DNA from: an uncultured virus (IMG/VR IMGVR_UViG_3300010158_000034)
Lineage: Duplodnaviria; Heunggongvirae; Uroviricota; Caudoviricetes
DNA: 64,000 nt
Virus record (IMG/VR): IMGVR_UViG_3300010158_000034
Direction: 5' to 3' (one strand)
The translations under genes and the position numbers were made by a program. The notes under the pieces were generated by a model, which was not told the origin of the DNA, searched no databases, and was given only the letters and a program-made list of their open reading frames with translations. This document shows, in pieces, positions 1 through 9,700 of this stretch (the stretch's first letter is position 1; every line of letters begins with the position of its first letter).

Positions 1-2875
1 TGGCCAGTTCTAAGCCTTTTAAGAAATTAATTTCGGGATCAACTAAAAATAATTCACTGTACAACACTGGGCTGGCGTTTTGTAAAATATTTCCGCCTTG
101 AGCTTTGATGGGTCTATCTCTGAGATTATTAGCACCAAATGCTGAACCTGTGACTTGATTGCTGTTGGACACCAATGTTACCAAGTGGTTACGCAACTGT
201 CCCAAAGTTAAACTAGAAAAATTAGTGTTTTCAGTGTTGAAGTTTAGGTTATCCGGAACTTGATAATAACCCAAGGCACTGACTGTTTTGCTGTAAATCA
301 AAATATCTATTTTATCGTCAATGGCCAAGGTGGAGTCTGTTATTTTTACATACAGTTTAACACCGGCTGATACTGTTTGAAATTGTGCAGTGGTCAATTC
401 GACAAAGTTTTTAAAAACTTTAAAATAAGGTATTGTGGTTCTAGCTTCAGGTCGTATGTCAATTTCAAAATAACGATTTACACCATCATACACTCCACTT
501 ATCAGCTGATACTGACGGCTGGGTTCAGTAACTTTGGCCCACGAATTTCTTGCGGCACTGGCAACAAGTCCAGAATTTTTTCTTAGTGTGCCCGCAGAAT
601 GAATATTTTCTGTTTGTGTGGCAGAGGCGGCTGTGTATGAAAATACATCTGTATCAAAATTGTTATTGAACTGTATATCACCAACTTGATTAAATGTTCT
701 ATAACTCAAAGGGAAACCTAAGATTTGGTCATCAACACCAGTGCCTGGTTGGTATGAAAAGATTTTTGTTCCTCCAACAACAGTTCCAAGATTATTAGTA
801 GCAGTAGCAAAAGTAGATGCGGGATATATTGTAACGTCGCCCAGGCTGATGCCATTGCCGTCGTATACATCAAACATGGGAGTTTGATTGACCCCAGTCT
901 TTTGTTGCCCTGCAATCCAGTTGCTACCGTTGAACCAATATTCTGTGCCTTTGTTGGCTCCTTGTAACACAATTAAATTATTGTAAGTGCTGGTCTCACT
1001 GTCTTCTGCCAGACTTAAAGTAATAACAGGAGTTTGACTGATCTCCGAAATGTTGATAACAAATATTTGATTTCTCACTGTGGGATCAAAATCATTGGCA
1101 AACACCACACGTTGCCCGTTTTGTAATGAGACCCCGTTTAATTGAAACGACCCACTAAGCTCAACTGTGTTACGTGCATCTGTTGTAGTCAAGTCAAATA
1201 TGTCTACTGGAGTTTTTGCCACACGTCCAAAATTATAAAGTTGCAAATCAGCTTCAAATTCAATAATGGGACGGTTGGCTCTGACGTTTTGGTCAAATAC
1301 TGGTACTTCGTTGTTGTAAGAGGCTGCGGCTTTGATAACATCAATGTGGAACCAACGATTACTACGTGTCCACGGATTTAAATCTTGACTGGCACGATTG
1401 ATTGTAATGTAGTCCGGAGTGCCAATGCCGTTGGCAGCATATGGCTCCGGTGTTTGAAAATTTGTTGCTAATAATAATTGTATAGCAGTTCCTACACCCT
1501 CAACATAATATGCGTTGTTGGCATAAGTGGCAGGCACAGCACTGGCATCAAATTGAATTTTTAATCCGTTGGTGAATACAACACCGTTGGGGCTGGTATA
1601 ATCTGCTTTACCCACAATGTCATCATCAACTTTTAATGTGTTGTCATCAATTGCAACAAGATTAAATTGTCCCGCATATCCGGCACTGACACCATCTTGA
1701 TAATAAATGGTAGACAACGGTGCTGTGATGTTTGGAATTTGTTTGTACGTAAGAAACTGTTGGTCTAAATAAAAACTATATTCTGCATAGTTTTGTCCAC
1801 TGGCTACATAAATTTTTTGATTTTTTGTCACAGTGGTGATTGATATCAAACTAATAACCGGGTCTTGGGCCAATGGATCAACAGCTTGAATTTGCCAAAC
1901 ATTCCTACGTGTGGCTTTGGGTACAGTGTTTCCGTCGACTGTCCAATAGGCATCATCAATATCACTGTTGGTAAAGATAAAAGTTTTACCCAATAACTGC
2001 GATTTTACTCCGTCAAGTCCGCCCAGGGCCGCCAATTGGCTAAGCGTGGCGCCTTGAATTTGATTGTAATGCAAATCAGTTGAAGTATCCACAGTGCCCG
2101 ACCCAATATCATTATTGGGGTATTGCATGTAAATGTAATAATCTTGTGCTGTGGATTGCGGAACTCGAAATGTAATGGTGCCCACATCGGTGCCATTGTT
2201 TTCTATTCCCAAGATGTCTCTACTGCTTAAATTACTTTGATTGTTTTTTAATCCCGATGTGCCTATAGTGCTTTGAATCCAAAAAGGATAACCAGGTTGA
2301 TTTACTACAAACTGATAAGTACCGCCACGGGCTAACCGCACGGCTGGATTTTTTGCCAACCCTGATCCAGAAAAACGATAGGCTCCATTGCCGGCATCTC
2401 TTGTCACGGTGAAAGTTTGAGTTTGATCCACACCGGCACCAAACACTTCCACTGTGGTTGGTCCGTCGGTTAACCAATAGTATTGATTAAAATTTACAAA
2501 TTTGTCAAAATCAAATAAGCCATCAAAACTATAAGTTTCACTGGAAAACAATCTACTGTGATCGTTGACAAAGCCGCCACTGTATCCAATTTGATTAATT
2601 AAATCAATATAACTGCTAAAAAATTCCACTGTGCCAGTTTTATTTTTAACTACTACACTGGGCTCTAGTTGATAATTCTGTCTTAACGCACTGCTCTCAG
2701 GCTGGTAGTTATTGGAATTTTGATACGTTGGTGCAAATTTACGACCCACATAAGCATTGACTTTTCTCAAGTCTGGCGGAGTAACCAATTGGTCCAGGGT
2801 AGCACCCAAGAACTTACGATTGGTGTCTGTCCTAAATACTTCAGGTAAAAAATTTGCAGTTTTTATTGATGCCAT
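1..2875 (-). CDS. Very large virion structural protein (baseplate wedge-like), 3' end runs off the window
   Basis: Absent from the ORF track because it is truncated. ATG at 2875 reads MASIKTANFLPEVFRTDTNRKFLGATLDQLVTPPDLRKVNAYVGRKF...; it lies directly downstream of the gp6-like gene. The frame was spot-checked, not translated in full. Confidence 0.7.
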   Translation of the reverse strand, partial: MASIKTANFLPEVFRTDTNRKFLGATLDQLVTPPDLRKVNAYVGRKFAPTYQNSNNYQPESSALRQNYQLEPSVVVKNKTGTVEFFSSYIDLINQIGYSGGFVNDHSRLFSSETYSFDGLFDFDKFVNFNQYYWLTDGPTTVEVFGAGVDQTQTFTVTRDAGNGAYRFSGSGLAKNPAVRLARGGTYQFVVNQPGYPFWIQSTIGTSGLKNNQSNLSSRDILGIENNGTDVGTITFRVPQSTAQDYYIYMQYPNNDIGSGTVDTSTDLHYNQIQGATLSQLAALGGLDGVKSQLLGKTFIFTNSDIDDAYWTVDGNTVPKATRRNVWQIQAVDPLAQDPVISLISITTVTKNQKIYVASGQNYAEYSFYLDQQFLTYKQIPNITAPLSTIYYQDGVSAGYAGQFNLVAIDDNTLKVDDDIVGKADYTSPNGVVFTNGLKIQFDASAVPATYANNAYYVEGVGTAIQLLLATNFQTPEPYAANGIGTPDYITINRASQDLNPWTRSNRWFHIDVIKAAASYNNEVPVFDQNVRANRPIIEFEADLQLYNFGRVAKTPVDIFDLTTTDARNTVELSGSFQLNGVSLQNGQRVVFANDFDPTVRNQIFVINISEISQTPVITLSLAEDSETSTYNNLIVLQGANKGTEYWFNGSNWIAGQQKTGVNQTPMFDVYDGNGISLGDVTIYPASTFATATNNLGTVVGGTKIFSYQPGTGVDDQILGFPLSYRTFNQVGDIQFNNNFDTDVFSYTAASATQTENIHSAGTLRKNSGLVASAARNSWAKVTEPSRQYQLISGVYDGVNRYFEIDIRPEARTTIPYFKVFKNFVELTTAQFQTVSAGVKLYVKITDSTLAIDDKIDILIYSKTVSALGYYQVPDNLNFNTENTNFSSLTLGQLRNHLVTLVSNSNQVTGSAFGANNLRDRPIKAQGGNILQNASPVLYSELFLVDPEINFLKGLELA

Positions 2876-2887
2876 TGCTGTTCCCGA

Positions 2888-5800
2888 TTATACGATTGTG
2901 TTTGACCCGGCCAAGGTCTGATTAATTTGTGCAGCAGTTATGGCACTGATGATTTGTACATTGCTGGCTGTGGCACAACTTATGATAATTTCATCTGGAT
3001 TGGAATTAATCTGCATGAGTCCACCAAACGCCACATCAGTGTTGGCTGGCACAATAATAATACTGGCCACGTTTGGTGCCAGTGTGTTATGCAAATAAGT
3101 AGCTAGTTCACTGAAATAAAATGTCTCGCCAAAGTTCCAATTGGCTGTGTCAAAATAAGTGTTGATTGCAGCAATCACTCCACTGATTACATCATTATCG
3201 CTGATGGTTAAATTTGGATTTTTAACCACTTTAAATGTGGCTTGCAGTGCTGAGTCTGCCTTGGCGCCAAACACCGGCTTATATCTGCCAGGGTTATAAA
3301 TGATTGTGTCACTGAGTGCTTTGTAATTTTCTAAGCTGGTGGCACCAGAACCATAGGTTAATTTTAATTCTTCATTGGTTGGCAGTGCTGGTTCTGTCAA
3401 GGTATTGGTAGTATCTCTTACCCATGCTGTGTAATCGGTGGTATAGTCTGTGGTCAACAAATACAAGTCCATAATATTGTTGGGACTGGGATCTATACGG
3501 CGTGTGTTTGGGCTGTTGTGTCTATACTGGAAGTTTAACTTTTGTCTTCCAACTTCGGCTATGTAGCTGGTAGACTGTGCAAGTGTACGGTTTCCAGCAG
3601 CAGAAATTGACAGTACATAAAATTTATCTTCGCTGGTGGCATAAAATACTTGCCCATCAACATATAAATTTTGATTGGTTAATATAGCACTTTGAGTGGT
3701 ATAGGTTGTCACTATCAAGCTGTTGTCAACCGGAGCGGCTGTTAAAAAGTTTCCAACGTTGGTGTTGGCATCAGTGACCTGTTGAAAAAATACATACTTA
3801 CCTGTGGTTGCAGTGTTGGCAACATTGGTAAAAATATCTGGATCATCAGGAACACCGTCATTGTTGACAGCACTAAAAGTAACCAATACCTGTGTATAGT
3901 CAATTCTTCCATCCGCTGTGACAACATTGTTGTAAATGTACCATAATTGATCTTGTCCCAATGCTGTGGTTAAACTGTCAGGTGCTGTGTTGTTTTTTAA
4001 TATCGATACCTGATCAATCACAGTTGCTCCGGATTTGCTGTCAAATACTTTTACTTTTGGATCAAAGTAAAAACGTGTTTGTTCTAAACTTTCAAATACA
4101 TATTTTAAATTACGATGGGCTAGATTGTAGTTGACACCGTTGTAGGCAAAGGATACTATCCAACTGCTGTCTAGTCCCCCACCCGTGGTATCACCTGTAT
4201 TGGCCAAGCTGAATGCCGAGGTAGTGTTTAAATCGGCTGGTGCAATAATTTTCCAAGTTTGTGAGGGTACATCGTATCTGATTCCAAAGTTTTTATAACT
4301 CTTTATCAAATTAACCATGGTGCTAACAAATGCCAAGTTACTGAAATCATTTTTAAACACAGGAATAATACTTTCAAGCACAGCACCTGTGGGTATGTTT
4401 TGTGTTATTTGTAATGTATTACTGTTGGCAACAGATGCCACTGCTACCCAAATATATTTTTTATCATTTTCATATACCGGAGTACCAGACACTATTACGT
4501 TTTGTGCATTGAAATAATTTCCTGTGCCGGCTGTGAATTTTAATAGTGTTCCGTTAGTGATATATTTAAAGTTGGTGTTGGTTACGTATCCAACCGTTTG
4601 AATTACAGTTCCGTTGGTCAAGTAACCAGTGCTGCTACCAGAATTGGCCGTGGCCTGTGTCCACGTGGTGGTCACAGCAGGTGTATATCTTGTGTAATTG
4701 GCATAATAGAAATGCTTAACTTCTGTACTGTTTAAAATAGGTATTACTGTGTTGTAAATTACATTGTTTATGTCGTTGGTTGATGCAAAGCCAAACGTTG
4801 AGCTGGGCACAGAATTTTGTTTATACAACCAACCATCTGTACCAAACATGTTGGTACTGGAATATTTTCCAGTGACATCCAGCACATCTAGATATCTACT
4901 GATACCGGAACTGGTTCTGTTCACTGCCTTGACTTTTAAAATGCTACTGAAGTTGGTGTACGGGAAAAGATTATAGTCTTCACCTGTGATCATTCTGTTC
5001 TGTGTATAGTACTGCTGTGGTGCTTTTACACGAATGTCGTCCACTAGTTCTCTTGTGGCAGCATTGGTCACTGTGTAGTATAAACTGGCACGTACAGTCA
5101 GCGTTTCTACTCTGTTGCTCTTACTGACATAGTTTAAAGCAATCACAATGTTTTGCATTTCGTCGGGAGTAATTTTATAATTTAATCCGTTGCTGACTCG
5201 ATAAAATAATTGGAAATTTCCCTGCGGAATGTTGGCAAAACTACCGTCACCAAATACTAAATCAATTTGATCATTGGCTCTGGTATTGATCTGATACAAG
5301 TTACGATTGGTGCTTTGATTGTAAATGATGTTGATGCCGGCCACAGCAGGAACACTGCTCCATATGGTATTGGGTACTCCAGCATTGTCAAGTTTATACA
5401 ACCAAACATCTGTGTTGTTGATGTTGTCGTAGTTGACATTGACTATGCGATTGGGTAAACTCTGTTGTAGGTTTAAAACTAAATTGTTCAGTGTACCTTG
5501 TTTAAAGTAAACAAAATACCCGGTGTTGTTGCTGGCATTGCCAAGATTGTCATTTTGATACAGGATATTGAATTTTCCACTGGGTGCCGGACTGGCTTCG
5601 TATACATAACTTTGTCCTGCTGATGTGGCACTCACTGCTTCAAACGGTGTACTGGTGCCTTCTATTGTGGCATTGAAAGTGTAAGTGGGAATCACTCCGC
5701 CCAATAAATTAATGCTGTACTCACTGGTCATGATGCCATTGATGTCTTGTGTGTTGCCCGGAGTGCCGATGTTTTGATTGTTAATTAAAGCAGCATTAAA

Positions 5801-6277
5801 TATGGCAGTGAATTGTTCTTGCCAATCTTCGTTGGTGGTGTCATTCCAATTGATCAACAGGTTGGCTAGATCTAGGCCGTTGCTGTCTGTCACACTCTCG
5901 CTGGTGGTGATGCTGTCAATTTTCAAATAGCCCGCAGCAGGTACAGTACGTTTGGCATTGTAATTGATTAAACTGGCCAGTTTTAAAATACTGTCACGTC
6001 TTTGTGCAGTGTCAAAAAAACTTTCACGTGCATTTAAATCTGTTCTAAATGCTAGACTCTGTCCTAAAAAAGCAATCAAGTCAATTAATGCTATGTACTC
6101 TGAGCTTTCTGTAAAATCATTAAAATCTTCTGGATAGTAGTTACGCAGATAATCGATCATGCTTTTGCGTATGGTTTCAAAGTCATAGCTTTGAAAGTTG
6201 GCATTTTGAAAACTCTGGTACAGGGTAGTCCAGTCCTGGTTTACCAATAAATTTGTTTGACGTGTAGTGATAGACAT
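2888..6277 (-). CDS. gp6: Baseplate wedge subunit, T4 gp6-like
   Basis: N-terminal YDFETIRKSMIDYLR...DFTESSE...ESFFDTAQRRDSILKLA, internal LVFGDG and QNRMITGEDY motifs typical of gp6/baseplate-J proteins; adjacent to the gp25-like gene. Confidence 0.85.
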   Translation of the reverse strand: MSITTRQTNLLVNQDWTTLYQSFQNANFQSYDFETIRKSMIDYLRNYYPEDFNDFTESSEYIALIDLIAFLGQSLAFRTDLNARESFFDTAQRRDSILKLASLINYNAKRTVPAAGYLKIDSITTSESVTDSNGLDLANLLINWNDTTNEDWQEQFTAIFNAALINNQNIGTPGNTQDINGIMTSEYSINLLGGVIPTYTFNATIEGTSTPFEAVSATSAGQSYVYEASPAPSGKFNILYQNDNLGNASNNTGYFVYFKQGTLNNLVLNLQQSLPNRIVNVNYDNINNTDVWLYKLDNAGVPNTIWSSVPAVAGINIIYNQSTNRNLYQINTRANDQIDLVFGDGSFANIPQGNFQLFYRVSNGLNYKITPDEMQNIVIALNYVSKSNRVETLTVRASLYYTVTNAATRELVDDIRVKAPQQYYTQNRMITGEDYNLFPYTNFSSILKVKAVNRTSSGISRYLDVLDVTGKYSSTNMFGTDGWLYKQNSVPSSTFGFASTNDINNVIYNTVIPILNSTEVKHFYYANYTRYTPAVTTTWTQATANSGSSTGYLTNGTVIQTVGYVTNTNFKYITNGTLLKFTAGTGNYFNAQNVIVSGTPVYENDKKYIWVAVASVANSNTLQITQNIPTGAVLESIIPVFKNDFSNLAFVSTMVNLIKSYKNFGIRYDVPSQTWKIIAPADLNTTSAFSLANTGDTTGGGLDSSWIVSFAYNGVNYNLAHRNLKYVFESLEQTRFYFDPKVKVFDSKSGATVIDQVSILKNNTAPDSLTTALGQDQLWYIYNNVVTADGRIDYTQVLVTFSAVNNDGVPDDPDIFTNVANTATTGKYVFFQQVTDANTNVGNFLTAAPVDNSLIVTTYTTQSAILTNQNLYVDGQVFYATSEDKFYVLSISAAGNRTLAQSTSYIAEVGRQKLNFQYRHNSPNTRRIDPSPNNIMDLYLLTTDYTTDYTAWVRDTTNTLTEPALPTNEELKLTYGSGATSLENYKALSDTIIYNPGRYKPVFGAKADSALQATFKVVKNPNLTISDNDVISGVIAAINTYFDTANWNFGETFYFSELATYLHNTLAPNVASIIIVPANTDVAFGGLMQINSNPDEIIISCATASNVQIISAITAAQINQTLAGSNTIV

Positions 6278-6333
6278 GCGAAAATATCCCTTATAGAGTA
6301 TTTATTACAATCAAAAACAGGGTATATTATTAG

Positions 6334-6711
6334 CTATCTTACTGTGAGTCGTTGTGTATTGGAATCAAATTGCAAGTTCAATGCTGTCAATTGATTGGTG
6401 GGAATATACAGTAGATCCACCATTATTTGTATACCGTTCTGGTATTCGTTGATGGTTATGTTTTGTAAATTGGTGCGTGGATCATATCCCACCACCGACT
6501 TGACATCATCGATGATGGCTTGACGCACAGTGGCAGTCATGGGTTCAAACAACAGGCTCCAAACAATGGTGCCAAAGTCCGGTTGCATGACTTTTTCACC
6601 TTTTTTAATGTTGAAATGATTGATCAAGTCCTGTTTGATCAAGTCAATGTCAGTGACACGAAACTTTTTGTATCGGTTGACAGTGCTGAATCCTTTGTAT
6701 AGTGTGGTCAT
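6334..6711 (-). CDS. gp25: Baseplate wedge subunit, gp25-like
   Basis: 125 aa with the GEKVMQPDFG..VWSLLFEP and YDPR motifs of the GPW/gp25 family. Confidence 0.9.
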   Translation of the reverse strand: MTTLYKGFSTVNRYKKFRVTDIDLIKQDLINHFNIKKGEKVMQPDFGTIVWSLLFEPMTATVRQAIIDDVKSVVGYDPRTNLQNITINEYQNGIQIMVDLLYIPTNQLTALNLQFDSNTQRLTVR

Positions 6712-6732
6712 AGTAATATATTTATTCTAAAA

Positions 6733-9700
6733 TTACGCCGATCTCACATCAGAAATTATGTTAGCCGATACCGCTGCCACGATGGCCATGTGATTGACAC
6801 TGCTTGCTATGTGGGTAACTCTTGGTGCTGGCGGAGGAGCTGGATAAGGGTTACCGTAACCAGCATCGCCATAATTACGAGGATTATAATAGTTCACTGC
6901 TCGTACTACATTTGATGGTAAATTGGCCAAACGCATGCCCACTGTGGGGAACCCGTCAATACACACCATGAGGTCTATTTTCATACCTGTGGCAGCCATT
7001 TGGTTAACTATTTCAGCACCTTTACTAAATCCAATTAATATTACCTTCTTGGTTCCACGATTTTTTACAACATAAGCAGAGGCTCCGCCTATATCAGTAC
7101 AACTAAACACTTCTGCGGCAGCACCTAGCCCAGTTAATTGTGCGGCCAGGGCTCGAACACCGGTCTTGTATGCTTCACCGGCTTTTTCTAGTCCAGTGAT
7201 CAATACAACCAATTGGTCACCGGGACCACTGGCCTTGGGTTCTGTAGTGGCATCTGTGGCCTTGGTGTTGATTGTTTGTATATGTGGCCAATCGTTGGGG
7301 ATAGTTTTTAAATTGTATTTGCCTAGACCCAATTCTGTGTCAAGTGCATATACATCGTGTTGAATGTCCATTGCTTGACCAAGATTGTGTTGACTTGTGC
7401 CCGGGGGTGCAACCAAGTTTCCTTTTTTGCCTCCTGCAACCCAGGCATTATAAAGTCCCGCTTGCTCTTCATTGGTGCGAAGTGTTGAATTAACCTGCAT
7501 TTTTTTATCGTACTTTTCTTTATAGGCCTTGGCCAATTGCAGGGTGGCCGATCGTAGTACGGGGGTGGATGCATCAAAGCGAGCTCGGGTACCAGTTCCG
7601 CTGGATCTAAACAGCATCACTGTGTCAGGATCAATGCTGAGGTCGATTGGGCCAGCAGCATTGCTGGTGCCGGTTATGGCTTGAGCACTTAATACATCAA
7701 TTGCATATCTACCGTGATTAAAGTATTCTTCAGCAGTGCCGGCCTCCCCAGCAACTGTAGGTGGTGTTTTTACCTTGCCTGACTGGCGCCATTCGGCAGC
7801 CAATGCCGCACTGCGATACTTGTGTGCCACAAACAGCATACCGGCGGCCATACAAATGTCATCTTCAGGTTTGATACCTTTGTTGGTGACCAGTGTTTTA
7901 TAGTTGGCCAAAAATTCTTTATTTTGTAAATCATCTTGCAGTTGTTTGTTGGCAAAAAAATCTTTTTGACTGCGTATGCTGTCTTTACCGGTCCAACTTT
8001 CGTTTTTAGATAATGTTTGTGCACCGTATTGTTTGATAGCATCTGGTTTGATATATCCAGCTTCGGCCAAAAGGTACGCATCCACTTGATACTTGCCAAT
8101 TCTTGTGCCATCACCCGGGGTGGCCTTGGCTGTGGCATCGGAATTACTAGCAGAAGATCCAGCTGTTATTTCTGTTATTATTTTTTGCAATGCACCAGCC
8201 ACATTTGGATAACTTGTTGGATGCAGTGGTGGTTTATCGCCGCTGGGGTAATCGGTCAGTGCCACAGTTTTATCGCCGGTGATGCTGGCAACTTGCGTTA
8301 CAGCAGCGCAGGCTATGCTGTCATAGGGTAAAATCCAAATGTATTTTTCTGCTCGCAATGCGGCTCTAATGGCCTTTAAGTTTTCAATCAACAGTGTTTT
8401 ATTACCAACACCTTTGACAATATCATTGCTACCGCAAGAAATTACTGCCACTTTGACTTTACCTACCCAATCATTTTCATACTGATAATCTTGATAAGTT
8501 CCCACACGTCCGGAGGCCGGTGCAGGAGGATTTTTGGCATTGGCCAATATGGTTGTACTGTTGTCACCAACTCGGGCCATGACACTGGTTGAGGACAATT
8601 TTTTCTGTAGTGCTTGACCAGTTCCCCAAGCAATACTGTCGCCCATGACCAATATTGTACCTTTAGTGCCGACGTTAATAGCTGCACCTGCAGGTGTTGA
8701 AGTTTTCCCACCAGTGCTGGCATAGTCCCACTGGCTTTCAAAATAGCCTAATTCGGCATGCATATTGGTGGCATAGGCCTGTGTCAACAAAGGAGCTGCG
8801 GAGCTGATGGCCCCTGGTGATTTATACAGTTCAGCTTTACCTAACCAATCTTTGGGACAGCTGGATGATACTGTGCGACCGTATGCGTTGTTGATGCCGA
8901 CGTCGGTGTTGGCACTGGTGGTTTTAGATCCCGAAGCAATGGCATTTCCTGAACTGTCTGTGACTTTAATTCCTGAACTAGACTGTAGTGTGCCTGGATC
9001 CACAGCAGTACCAGCATTGGCCAAGCATTGTTTTACAGCGTTTAATTTGGTTTGCATAAATGTTTCAAAATCTTGTACATTTACGTAACCTTTTCCAGTT
9101 TTGTCAAAGTGGTTTTGACTATAGGCTTTGTTTTGAAATGCAGTGTAGGTTGCACCCGGAGGAGATCCATTTAATCCATACACTATATAAGTTAAATCTT
9201 GGCCAGTGGCCACTGGCCAATTGATACACGAATACACATCTACCATGCGACCTTTGCTTTTCTTCCACGGCGCATTTAATTTAAAATATTTTTCAACTAG
9301 ATCTAACTGCTGTACTCGGGACAGCCCAGTAAATGCTGGGATATCACTGGGATTGTAGCCCACTAGTTTTCTAGCGTCACCACCAAACTGTATCAACCCG
9401 TAAAATCCCAATCCGTTGGGCTCGGCTGGATCCATTGTACCACCGGTTTCTAAATACATAGCAGCCAATAACCATAGCCAATTGCTAATTCCTAAATTTG
9501 CAGCCACTTGTTTGGTTTTATCTAAAAATGCTGTATCGGTAGACCAAGGTGCCGAACCTTTGGCACCACCGTGTACTCTGCCCAAATCTAATTTATTACC
9601 ATTGGGTTTGGGTAATATATAGTCACCAGGAGATGAAGTGGTTCTAGGTGGGCACACACTGGCAGGCAATATCTGTACGGGTGCTTCTGTAGGGGCACCA

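Noticed and set aside
377..2477. Short ORFs listed at the left edge (and at 61703-63331 on the right)
   Set aside because: They are shadow ORFs overlapping the long truncated baseplate and tail sheath genes that the track omitted.
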